A DNA stretch of 64,000 nucleotides from an uncultured Bacteroidales bacterium (GTDB taxonomy: Bacteria > Bacteroidota > Bacteroidia > Bacteroidales > WCHB1-69). Numbering within the stretch: the first letter of the stretch is position 1; the number at the start of each line of letters is the position of its first letter. Below are positions 46,701 to 55,386 of the stretch, piece after piece. The translations under genes were made by a program, and so were the position numbers. The DNA lies in the NCBI GenBank assembly GCA_905233625.1, contig CAJOFJ010000005.1, positions 119 to 64,118 on the forward strand, written 5' to 3'. The notes beneath the pieces are model-generated. The model saw only the letters and a list, made by a program, of their open reading frames with translations. It was not told the DNA's origin and did not search any database.

Positions 46701-48809
46701 TTACTTTAAATTGGTATCGAACCAGTCGATGAAGTTGCGGTGCCAGAGCAGGCTGTTCTGCGGTTTCAGCACCCAATGGGTTTCATCGGGGAAGTAGAGA
46801 TAGCGGCTCGGAATGTGACGCATCTGGGCGGCATTGTATGCAGCCATACCTTCTGATGCCACAATACGGAAGTCGAACTCACTGTGGATTACACAGATAG
46901 GCGCATTCCACTTGTCCACAAACAAATGCGGTGAGTTGGCATAGCTCTTCTTCACCTGAGGATTGTTCCAATCCCAGTAAGGACCACCTATATCCCAATT
47001 GTCAAACCACATCTCCTCAGTTTCAAGATATTGCTGCTCGAAATTGAACATGCCATTGTGAGCCAGCAAGGCTTTGAAACGGCGACCTTCGTTATATCCC
47101 TTCACGTCATAGTTGTGACCTGCCAGCCAATATACGCTGTAGCCACCGAAGCTGGCACCACAAGCGCCCAAACGTTCTTTGTCAATCTGTTTCACATTAT
47201 CGGTAAAATAATCGGCAGCAGTCATATAGTCCTGCATACAGAGTCCGCCATAATCGCCACTGATTTCTTCGGTCCAAGCCTGGCCAAAGCCCACCGTACC
47301 ACGACGGTTGGGAGCGATAATGAAATATTCGGCACCGCTCATCACCATAAAATTCCAACGGGTGCTCCAGAACTGTCCCACCTCTGATTGTGGACCACCT
47401 TCGCAGTACAGCAATGCGGGATAGGTCTTGGTGCTATCATAATTATACGGATAAATCAGCCAAGTGAGCATATCCTGACCATCCACTGTCTTGATCCAGT
47501 GCTCTTCCACCTTGCCCATGCGCACTTGGGAGAGGACATCATCATTGATAGCGGAAAGTTTCTTACCTTCGCCCTTGTCATCAGTCAGATTGTAAACGTA
47601 AATCTCCGAAGGATACTGCATGGACACCTGGTCAGCATAAAGTTTGCCATCTGCCAATTCAAAGCTATGCACATCGTGATAGCCGTAAGAAATCTGGCGG
47701 AACTCCTTGGTTTCGCGGTTGCAAGCGAAAATCTGGTCAGTGCCACGATAGTAAACAACACCCAAAATTTCCTTATCGTCGTCGGTCCAGCTGATACCCG
47801 TGAAATAGTAGTCGAAATTCTCCGACATGTTGGTTCGCTCACCCGTAGTGAGGTCCATCACCATTAGACGAATCAGGTCGCTTTCGTAACCATCGCGTTC
47901 CATGCTCTCCCAAGCGATATATTTTCCATCGTGGCTGAACACAGGATTCTGGTCATAACCCATGATGCCCTCACTGATATTCTTAGTGGTCTTACTGTCG
48001 ATATCATACAGATAAATATCACTGTTGGTAGAATGTGCGTAATCGTATCCGGTTTTCTTGCGGCAAGTGTAAGCGATGGTTTTGCTGTCGGGGCTGTAGT
48101 TGTACTGCTCCACCCCACCCCACGGACGCATCGGGCATTCGAAAGTGCTGTCAATCAAAGCTGTGGAATGCTCAATATCGATTTTCGAACCATCAAAAGA
48201 AGCCAGGAAAATCTGCGGAATCTCATCCACCCAGTTGTCCCAGTGGCGGTACATCAGGTCCTCGTTGATACGGCCAGTGGTTTTATCCAGTCCTTCATAC
48301 AATTTTTGCAGATGTTCCGGACGTTTCACCGGAATCGTGGCAATATACACGATGGACTTGCCGTCGGGAGCCAACTTGAAGCCTTCCAGACCATTTTCGA
48401 AGGTACCGATTACCTTCTCGTTCTTGCTTTTCACATCCATCGAACGGACTTCATTGCCACGGCAGAACAGCAGCGTGTTTTCATCCTGCCAAACAGGGTT
48501 GAACTCGCTTTGCGCGGTAGTCGTCAAACGTACAGCATCACCTCCCTCGGTGGGAAGCAGGTAAATTTCCGCATTTCCCTTGTTCTCCTCCATACTGTAG
48601 TAAGTCATGGTGTAAGCAATTTGCTTTCCATCGGGTGAAACGGCATATTCGCCCATTTTGCCCAGCGACCACATCACTTCAGGCGTGAAGCGGCCGTCCT
48701 GAACCTGGATTTCCGGTTTTCCGATGACCTTCTCATCGGCAGTTTCTTGTTTTTTTGTGCAGCTGGCCAACAACGCTACTGCTGCGAATGCAATAAATAT
48801 TTTCTTCAT
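46701..48809 (-). CDS. S9-family serine peptidase (beta-propeller + alpha/beta hydrolase), lipoprotein signal
   Basis: MKKIFIAFAAVALLASC. GACGASFGGYSVYW (GxSxGG). C-terminal PDETHW. Confidence 0.9.
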   Translation of the reverse strand: MKKIFIAFAAVALLASCTKKQETADEKVIGKPEIQVQDGRFTPEVMWSLGKMGEYAVSPDGKQIAYTMTYYSMEENKGNAEIYLLPTEGGDAVRLTTTAQSEFNPVWQDENTLLFCRGNEVRSMDVKSKNEKVIGTFENGLEGFKLAPDGKSIVYIATIPVKRPEHLQKLYEGLDKTTGRINEDLMYRHWDNWVDEIPQIFLASFDGSKIDIEHSTALIDSTFECPMRPWGGVEQYNYSPDSKTIAYTCRKKTGYDYAHSTNSDIYLYDIDSKTTKNISEGIMGYDQNPVFSHDGKYIAWESMERDGYESDLIRLMVMDLTTGERTNMSENFDYYFTGISWTDDDKEILGVVYYRGTDQIFACNRETKEFRQISYGYHDVHSFELADGKLYADQVSMQYPSEIYVYNLTDDKGEGKKLSAINDDVLSQVRMGKVEEHWIKTVDGQDMLTWLIYPYNYDSTKTYPALLYCEGGPQSEVGQFWSTRWNFMVMSGAEYFIIAPNRRGTVGFGQAWTEEISGDYGGLCMQDYMTAADYFTDNVKQIDKERLGACGASFGGYSVYWLAGHNYDVKGYNEGRRFKALLAHNGMFNFEQQYLETEEMWFDNWDIGGPYWDWNNPQVKKSYANSPHLFVDKWNAPICVIHSEFDFRIVASEGMAAYNAAQMRHIPSRYLYFPDETHWVLKPQNSLLWHRNFIDWFDTNLK

Positions 48810-48912
48810 AGGTATAAAAATTGATTTCCTATTAATAATGAGGATGCAAAATTACGTGAAATTTTTGAATCTATTGCAAACCGCTAAACAAATTTCGATT
48901 AGCTAACGCGTG

Positions 48913-48991
48913 TTTTTTTTCATCGGCTATGATGAGTCCGTTCCGCGGTGAGATAGTTTAGTGCTTCGGGGCACACAACACCCACACCGCA
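48913..48991. repeat. Conserved ~79-nt motif, copy L
   Basis: T-run, then catcggctatgaTgagtccgttccgcggtg (48921-48950), N11, tgcttcgggg, N13, caccgca. Same order and spacing as copy R at 50638-50716. Confidence 0.8.
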
Positions 48992-49208
48992 ACAAACACA
49001 CGGGGCATCCTCATCATCGGGGTTGCGATATCTTTGACACAGCAGCAAATTGCCAGCCGCGAAGCGGAATTGCATATTTCAGAAGGTTCATAATTCATAT
49101 AGAATTAGAAATTAATTTTCAATATATTTATATTCATATAACATTTATTTGTATTTTTGCAACCTAATTTTAGGTTAATATTTACATTAATTATAAATAA
49201 CAATTATT

Positions 49209-50084
49209 ATGAATACAATCGGAAACAATATCAACTTGTTGACAGATTTCGGTTTCAAGCGAATGTTTGGCACTGAACCTTACAAGAAAAACCTCATCAG
49301 TTTTCTCAATGCGTTTATCAAACCTTATTTTGGCTCTGTCACCGACATTAGTTACCGTCCCACCGAACAGCTTGGTCTCCTGCCAAACGAAAAAAGGCTT
49401 GTTTTCGACGTTTACTGCGAAACCCAAGAAGATGACAAGGTACTTGTTGAAATGCAGAAAGCGAGCCAGGAATTTCTAAAAGACAGACTCATCGCTTATT
49501 CCGCCCGAACCATCAGCAACTCGTTAGTCAAGGGTGACCGGAGGTACAACTTTCCTCCTGTCATCTCCATCATTCTTGTCGATTTTGAAATTCCGGAATT
49601 GAAAGGCAAGGACGATTTCATGATGCATGTCACCCTAAAAGATGATGAAAACAAAATTTTTTCAGAAAAAGTAACCTTTATCTTGGTAGATTTAACTAAA
49701 TTTGCAGCGAAAATGAATTTCGGGCAGCTCACTGACGAGAGAAGGAAATGGTGCTATGCCATCAAGAACATGTGGAGGATGACAGATACGGACATTCCAA
49801 CCGAGGACAAGATTTTCCATGAGCTGTACGAGGATTGCAAAATATCAAAATTGAGCGACATGGAAAAAAAAGAATATGAAAAAAGTATTTTGGAATACGA
49901 CGATGTGAAGGACGCCTTGGACTACCATCGCAGACCAGCAAAAGCGGAAGGAAGAGCAGAAGGGAAAGCAGAGGGAACTGCCGAGGCCAAACTCCAGATA
50001 GCTGTTAAAATGCAGAAAGCCGGCATTGATATGGCAACCATCACCCTAACCACAGGTCTGAGTGAAGAAGAGATTATTAAGTAA
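49209..50084 (+). CDS. Rpn-family recombination-promoting nuclease / PD-(D/E)XK putative transposase
   Basis: LLTDFGFKRMFG, VFDVYCETQEDDKVLVEMQKASQ, C-terminal EGRAEGKAEGTAEAKLQIAVKM...GLSEEEI. TAttTTTG box at 49152-49159. Confidence 0.85.
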   Translation: MNTIGNNINLLTDFGFKRMFGTEPYKKNLISFLNAFIKPYFGSVTDISYRPTEQLGLLPNEKRLVFDVYCETQEDDKVLVEMQKASQEFLKDRLIAYSARTISNSLVKGDRRYNFPPVISIILVDFEIPELKGKDDFMMHVTLKDDENKIFSEKVTFILVDLTKFAAKMNFGQLTDERRKWCYAIKNMWRMTDTDIPTEDKIFHELYEDCKISKLSDMEKKEYEKSILEYDDVKDALDYHRRPAKAEGRAEGKAEGTAEAKLQIAVKMQKAGIDMATITLTTGLSEEEIIK

Positions 50085-50086
50085 TT

Positions 50087-50569
50087 TCAATCCCTGCTTG
50101 CGCTCTTGCGTGCACAAGCCTTATTCTTGACGAGACGAACAGAGTGCCCGTAGCACCGTCTGTAGTTGTTCACGTACACTCCGTACAAATCGAAGCCTAA
50201 GTTCCACGCATCCACCAAATCGCTGGGTGTAGATGACCAATAGTAACCGTAGGAGCCCACGCCGTACACATCTCCATCGCAGTAGCGGCAGCCTGTAGCG
50301 GCCAGATAAATGGATTGTCCATTGGGGCCAACTACCTTGTAACCACTACCCGTCCATGTCCATTGACATTTGGTGACCAATTCTTCAAACTGTTCTTTTG
50401 TGGGCAAACGCTTTCCAAACTTATTGACAGCTTGCATGTAAGTATAGAATTCCCCTTTCTCATTTTTATCCTTCCACAAGGTTCCACTTGGAAGACCCAA
50501 GTCCACCCATTGCGCATTTACAGATAATGCCATCAGGCATACCAAACTAAAAAAGAGTATCTTTTTCAT
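50087..50569 (-). CDS. Small secreted DUF1566/FISUMP-like (lectin-fold-like) protein
   Basis: ATG 50569 gives MKKILFFSLVCLMALSVNAQ. WVDLGLPSGTLW, LPTKEQFEEL, GSYGYYWSST, GHSVRLV. Confidence 0.8.
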   Translation of the reverse strand: MKKILFFSLVCLMALSVNAQWVDLGLPSGTLWKDKNEKGEFYTYMQAVNKFGKRLPTKEQFEELVTKCQWTWTGSGYKVVGPNGQSIYLAATGCRYCDGDVYGVGSYGYYWSSTPSDLVDAWNLGFDLYGVYVNNYRRCYGHSVRLVKNKACARKSASRD

Positions 50570-50637
50570 AAGTGCAAAAATAGTAAAATTCTCAAATCGT
50601 AGCAACTTCTAAAATCTTTTTCACACGGCTGCCGCAT

Positions 50638-50716
50638 TTTTTTCGCATCGGCTATGACGAGTCCGTTCCGCGGTGGTCATGCTCTGTGCTTCGGGGATAG
50701 TGTGTAGCGCACCGCA
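50638..50716. repeat. Conserved ~79-nt motif, copy R
   Basis: T-run, then catcggctatgaCgagtccgttccgcggtg (50646-50675; 29/30 identical to copy L), N11, tgcttcgggg (50687-50696), N13, caccgca (50710-50716). Confidence 0.8.
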
Positions 50717-50970
50717 GCGGTAAGGCACCAGTTCCGCTTCCACCCCAGACTGCCGTCTGGGGTTATTGAGATGCGGCATCTACGATGCCGTCATATTGCG
50801 GACAATGTACTTCCGTGCGTAGGCCATGCCGACATGCGATGCGGAAACGGTGTGAATGAACGGCCTCGTACAGCGGCGTGCGAAAGCGCATTAGCGTCCA
50901 GTTTACTTTCGCTGCCGCTGTCAGAGGGCGGACAGAGCGGGTGGCATTCATGTCGGCGAAGATCTTTGCA

Positions 50971-51014
50971 TACTTTCCATCTTTGGAAAGTATGGAGAAA
51001 ATAATGTATCTTTG
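50971..51014 (+). promoter_or_regulatory. Promoter of the Y-family polymerase operon with an overlapping perfect inverted repeat (candidate operator)
   Basis: TACTTTCCA-tctt-TGGAAAGTA (50971-50992) contains a TTTG at 50982-50985, placed about 21 nt upstream of the TAtcTTTG box (51007-51014). ATG at 51053. Confidence 0.5.
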
Positions 51015-51052
51015 CAAAAAGAAATACGGAAAGCCAACTCATTCTTTTTCAG

Positions 51053-52564
51053 ATGAAGAACAGGGAACGGACATACATCGCCATCGACTTGAAGTCGTTT
51101 TACGCCTCGGTGGAGTGCGTGGAGCGGGGCTTGGACCCACTCACCACGAACCTGGTGGTGGCCGATGCCAGCCGTACCGAGAAGACCATCTGCCTGGCGG
51201 TCTCCCCCCCGCTGAAAGCCTACGGCATCGGCGGACGCGCACGACTGTTCGAGGTGGTGCAGCGTGTCCGGGAGGTCAATAATGAGCGACGACTGCAGAG
51301 CCCACAAAAACGTCTGACCGGCAAATCCAGCTCCGACATTGAACTCAAAGCCCATCCCGACTGGGCCGTGGACTACATTGCCGCTCCACCCCGCATGGCA
51401 CACTACATCGCTTGCAGCGCAAAGATATATGAGATTTACCTGAAATATATCTCCCCCGACGACATCCATGTATATTCCATCGACGAGGTATTCATGGATG
51501 TGACCGACTATCTGAAAAGCTACAAGAAAACTGCCCACGAGTTGGCCATGACCATCATCAAAGATGTGCTGAAGCAGACGGGCATCACTGCCACGGCGGG
51601 CATCGGCACCAACATGTACCTGTGCAAAATCGCCATGGACATCATGGCCAAGAAAAGTCCCGCCGACCAAGACGGGGTGCGCATTGCCGAGCTGGACGAG
51701 ATGTCGTACCGCCGACAATTGTGGAACCACCGGCCCCTTACCTCGTTCTGGCGGGTGGGACGTGGCATTGCCCAGCGCTTGGCCGCCCACGGTATTGACA
51801 CCATGGGCAAAATCGCCCGCTGCTCCATAGAGAATGAGGAGTTGCTATACAAGCTCTTCGGCATCAATGCCGAGCTGCTGATAGACCATGCCTGGGGCTG
51901 GGAACCCTGCACCATCGACTATGTAAAAGCCTACCGCCCCGAGAACAACTCCTTCAGCAACGGACAAGTCCTGACCTGCGCCTATACTGTCAAAAAGGCT
52001 CGTGTGGTAATTCAGGAGATGGCAGAGGCAATGGCTTTGCGCCTCGTTGCTCACCAACTGGTCACCGACCAGCTGGTCATTTACGTTGGCTACGACGTGG
52101 AGAGTCTTACAAAACCCTCTGTCAAAAGCAAATACAAAGGAGAGGTGGCCATGGACTACTATGGTCGTCCCGTGCCCAAACCCGCCCATGGTTCTGTCAA
52201 CCTCAAAACACCAAGCTCCTCCACCAAGCTCATCATTGAGGCGGTCACCGAGCTCTTCGACCGCATCGTCAACCCCGATCTGCTCATCCGCAGGATGAAC
52301 ATCAGCGCCAACCATGTAATCAGCGAGGAAGAGCTCAAGAACAAAGCCACAGCGGAGCAACTCGACCTTTTTGCCGATTATGAGGCCATTGAAAAAGAAA
52401 AACAGGAAGAGGCTGCCGCCCGCCAGAAGGAGCGAAAGATTCAGGAAGTGCAATTAGCCATCAAGAAACGCTTTGGAAAGAACGCCATCCTGCGGGGCCT
52501 CAACTTCGAGGAAGGCGCCACCGCCAAGCAACGCAACGAGCAGATAGGAGGACACAAAGCGTAA
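51053..52564 (+). CDS. Y-family (translesion) DNA polymerase, UvrX/DinB-like
   Basis: YIAIDLKSFYASVECVERGLDP, SIDEVFMDVT, GIGTNMYLCKIAMD. Confidence 0.9.
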   Translation: MKNRERTYIAIDLKSFYASVECVERGLDPLTTNLVVADASRTEKTICLAVSPPLKAYGIGGRARLFEVVQRVREVNNERRLQSPQKRLTGKSSSDIELKAHPDWAVDYIAAPPRMAHYIACSAKIYEIYLKYISPDDIHVYSIDEVFMDVTDYLKSYKKTAHELAMTIIKDVLKQTGITATAGIGTNMYLCKIAMDIMAKKSPADQDGVRIAELDEMSYRRQLWNHRPLTSFWRVGRGIAQRLAAHGIDTMGKIARCSIENEELLYKLFGINAELLIDHAWGWEPCTIDYVKAYRPENNSFSNGQVLTCAYTVKKARVVIQEMAEAMALRLVAHQLVTDQLVIYVGYDVESLTKPSVKSKYKGEVAMDYYGRPVPKPAHGSVNLKTPSSSTKLIIEAVTELFDRIVNPDLLIRRMNISANHVISEEELKNKATAEQLDLFADYEAIEKEKQEEAAARQKERKIQEVQLAIKKRFGKNAILRGLNFEEGATAKQRNEQIGGHKA

Positions 52565-52633
52565 GCCTGTTTCGAACAATATAAGCTATACAGAGAGCAC
52601 TACATAAAAACATTAAACGAGAGGACACAAAAT

Positions 52634-52825
52634 ATGAAACCTACGGACTTGAACGACAATTACGACGACATCATCGACCTGCCGCACCATGTGTCGAAGC
52701 ACCATCCTCCCATGTCGATGATGAACCGTGCAGCACAGTTCGCCCCCTTTGCCGCTGTCAGCGGCCACCACGCTGCCCTTGACGAAACCGCCAGACAGGT
52801 GGAGGAAAAAAATGGAGAGAACTGA
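52634..52825 (+). CDS. YolD-like protein (accessory partner of UvrX-type polymerases)
   Basis: PHHVSKHHPPMSMMNRAAQFAPFAAVSGHH. Small ORF 69 nt after the polymerase gene. Confidence 0.8.
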   Translation: MKPTDLNDNYDDIIDLPHHVSKHHPPMSMMNRAAQFAPFAAVSGHHAALDETARQVEEKNGEN

Positions 52826-52928
52826 AAACTGAAAACTGAAAGTTGAAAGTTAAGAATTCAGAGTTCAAAATTCAATCGGACGCACTACGTGCGTCCCTAC
52901 TGAAACCTGAAATCTGTATCCTGTAACC
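52824..52928. repeat. Composite element: heptamer array, GGACGCAC-TAC-GTGCGTCC palindrome, heptamer array; 7-nt register kept over 105 nt
   Basis: gaaaact x2, gaaagtt x2, aagaatt, cagagtt, caaaatt, caatcgg, acgcact, acgtgcg, tccctac, tgaaacc, tgaaatc, tgtatcc, tgtaacc. Confidence 0.85.
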
Positions 52929-52929
52929 T

Positions 52930-52967
52930 AAAAAAAAGGAGTCGTTAAAACGACTCCTTTTTTTTTT
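52930..52967. terminator. Bidirectional rho-independent terminator between convergent genes
   Basis: A8, ggagtcg-ttaaaa-cgactcc, T10. Confidence 0.8.
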
Positions 52968-54162
52968 AATGTCTGTATGAATCAACCTTGGCTTTCAGCT
53001 CATCAGGAACAGGAAGCAAAAGTTTCAGTTTGATCTGCTGCAACATCACGTTATTGTTCATATCGTTAGGGTTGAGGTTGTATGCCTTTTCAGACCAAGT
53101 ATGAGCGTTCTCCAAAATAGTCTTCTGAGCCTCCTTCAAAGCGTTCACCTTCTCAGCACGCTCCATATAGCTACCTTCCTTTGACTTCATAGTCTGGTCC
53201 TGCAGATCCTGGTTGGCCAAAGCCTCGAAGAAGTAGCGGGAAGCCATCTGGAAATTCAATTCCGCATTGTTGGGATCAACAGCCAAACCCTTGTTAATCA
53301 CACTCTCAGCTTTCTCATACTGACCATTGTTCACCAAGTGGTTGGCAATCAGAGCCAGCACTGGAGCTGATTTTTCATACTTAGCTGCCATTTCATCGCA
53401 GGTGGCATTCAACTTGTCAATCTGACCTGTCATGGCGAAGTAATCCAGTTCAGCAGCCTCGATATCAGCTCTTTTGTCTTCCGGAACATTCTTCATAGCA
53501 GTTTTCAGAATTTTCCCGCAGTTCACTGTATCCTTCTCTTCCTTGTATAAGTCATACAAGTCCAAATAAACAGCCGGATCAGGGAATTTGAGTTTTACAA
53601 CCTCGTTCAGCATACTCTTATAATTCTCCTTATCACCCGTTTGTTTGTACAGCTGAGCCACATCGTAATATGCGACACCCGCATTTACATTAGACTTTGC
53701 AGCCTTAAAATCCCTTGCAGCCAAGTTGTAATACTTGATGGCATTTTCAACATCTCCATTTTCAGCGGCTTTCTGCGCCATGGCATATACCGGATCAGCG
53801 CAAAGTGCTTGTCCCTCGATAGGGCCCAGCATACCTGTCATCGGTGTCACATTTCCATCCAATGAGATAGCCTTATAGAAAGCCTCATTGGCGATGATGA
53901 TGGCATCAGGGGTTCTGCTCACGTATGAAGGATCTTTTGCCACACGTTCTTGATCCTGCTGATATACTTGCAGATAGGTATTACCCTTCATCAACCAGGC
54001 CTGGGCATTGTCTTCATTGCCCACCATGACTTGATCCATAACCTTACGAGCTTTACCGATTTGTTTGTTACGTAAGTTCATCCACACATCCTCCAGACTC
54101 TGGGAGTATGCGCTTCCGATTGCCATTACAGCCATTATGGCCAATACAAATAACTTTTTCAT
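52966..54162 (-). CDS. TPR-repeat protein, secreted
   Basis: Signal peptide MKKLFVLAIMAVMAIGSAYSQ. Repeated A..YY/N.G.Y.KA helical motifs. Confidence 0.8.
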   Translation of the reverse strand: MKKLFVLAIMAVMAIGSAYSQSLEDVWMNLRNKQIGKARKVMDQVMVGNEDNAQAWLMKGNTYLQVYQQDQERVAKDPSYVSRTPDAIIIANEAFYKAISLDGNVTPMTGMLGPIEGQALCADPVYAMAQKAAENGDVENAIKYYNLAARDFKAAKSNVNAGVAYYDVAQLYKQTGDKENYKSMLNEVVKLKFPDPAVYLDLYDLYKEEKDTVNCGKILKTAMKNVPEDKRADIEAAELDYFAMTGQIDKLNATCDEMAAKYEKSAPVLALIANHLVNNGQYEKAESVINKGLAVDPNNAELNFQMASRYFFEALANQDLQDQTMKSKEGSYMERAEKVNALKEAQKTILENAHTWSEKAYNLNPNDMNNNVMLQQIKLKLLLPVPDELKAKVDSYRH

Positions 54163-54183
54163 TTTTCTTTGTTTTTAGGGTTA

Positions 54184-55371
54184 TTATTTTTCTAATTCAT
54201 TAATTTTCTTGACTATATCATCATATTTCGGAGATTGTTTTCTCGCATAAATCTGCTTCATTGCCGTCAACACATTCAAATCATTCGGGTCGTACTTCAT
54301 AGCCTCCTCAAAAAATCGTTCTGCCTCATCCAGATAATTATTAGCCTTGGTCTGATATACTGCCGCCTCGCTGTTTGAACCCGCCACTTTCAATTCATTC
54401 GCTTTCATATCATTCTCATTAAAGAGGTAATAGGTGCAAACTCCTAAATTATAGACTACCACATAACTGTTGGGGTTTAAGCGATAGGCTTTTCTCAGCA
54501 AGTTTTCCGCCTCAGCATAATTTTTTTCTTTGATATAGAAATTAGCGACATTGACAGTTGCGTCTGCATTATTATACACTGATGCCGGCAAGTTCTGCAG
54601 CAACTGGCGAGCCTTTACCGAATCGTTAATCCAATAATAGTAATCCACCTGTGCCACCAAAACATTGGCATCGTTGGGATTCTTTGCCAGAGCCTGATCC
54701 AGCATGGATTTCACTTTGGCCTTGTCTCCCACCTGCTTGTATTGCTCTATCAATCTGACCAATACATTCGGATTCGTGGAACCATCTTTCACGGCTTTCT
54801 CATAATAAACAACAGCCTGATCCGCTTGATTCAAGTTTTCCAGAGCAACCGCATAATAATAATACAACTCTCCATTCAAGGGATATTCGGGAGGGGTTTT
54901 CATCTCATAGCTGGCAATAGACTTCTCCAAGGTGGCTTTTCCAGCGGCAAAGTCATTGGCTATCAGCTGGTCGACGCCACGCACAAGCAGCAAGGAGTAC
55001 AGTTTCGGCAAGGCATCATCCGGTGACAGCATTTCGTAACCTTCCACATTTTTGTTTATTTCTTTAGCCTTCATAAAAGCATCGTAGGCTTCAATAGGAG
55101 CATCCGGAAAACGTATTTCTTTGGAATTATCATTCTGTTTATCCATATACTCCTGATTTGCCAGGTAGAAATAGATATTGCCCTTGTACAGCCAGGTCTG
55201 AGCCTTAGCTGCCAGCTTCTCGTTCTGCACACACAAATCAATGGCTTCTTTTGCCTTCACGTATTCCTTCTCATAGAAATGATTGTAGGCATTGGTCAAC
55301 GAAGCCTTCTGCGCGTTAAGCAGAAATACCGAACAAAGCAACAGTAGGGTTAAAAGAGTTTTTGCGTTCAT
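54184..55371 (-). CDS. TPR-repeat protein, secreted
   Basis: ATG 55371 gives MNAKTLLTLLLLCSVFLLNAQ. TPR-like repeats (AEAENLLRKAYRLNPNS, FFEEAMKYDPND). Confidence 0.8.
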   Translation of the reverse strand: MNAKTLLTLLLLCSVFLLNAQKASLTNAYNHFYEKEYVKAKEAIDLCVQNEKLAAKAQTWLYKGNIYFYLANQEYMDKQNDNSKEIRFPDAPIEAYDAFMKAKEINKNVEGYEMLSPDDALPKLYSLLLVRGVDQLIANDFAAGKATLEKSIASYEMKTPPEYPLNGELYYYYAVALENLNQADQAVVYYEKAVKDGSTNPNVLVRLIEQYKQVGDKAKVKSMLDQALAKNPNDANVLVAQVDYYYWINDSVKARQLLQNLPASVYNNADATVNVANFYIKEKNYAEAENLLRKAYRLNPNSYVVVYNLGVCTYYLFNENDMKANELKVAGSNSEAAVYQTKANNYLDEAERFFEEAMKYDPNDLNVLTAMKQIYARKQSPKYDDIVKKINELEK

Positions 55372-55386
55372 ATCGTTTTGTTTTTT

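Noticed and set aside
48925-48950. Hammerhead-ribozyme-like CUAUGAUGAG...GUCCG motif in the conserved repeat core
   Set aside because: The core reads CUAUGAUGAG rather than CUGAUGA. I find no properly placed GAAA / stem III / cleavage-site triplet, and stem II (UCCG/GCGG) does not pair cleanly.
50087-50990. Diversity-generating retroelement targeting the lectin-like DUF1566/FISUMP protein
   Set aside because: There is no reverse transcriptase gene in the window. I could not see a template/variable repeat pair matching the 3' end of any of the three FISUMP-type genes.
48810-52830. Prophage or integrative conjugative element
   Set aside because: There are no integrase, capsid, terminase, relaxase or T4SS genes here, only an Rpn nuclease, a small secreted protein and the polymerase/YolD pair. 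I treat it as a small islet, not a prophage or ICE.
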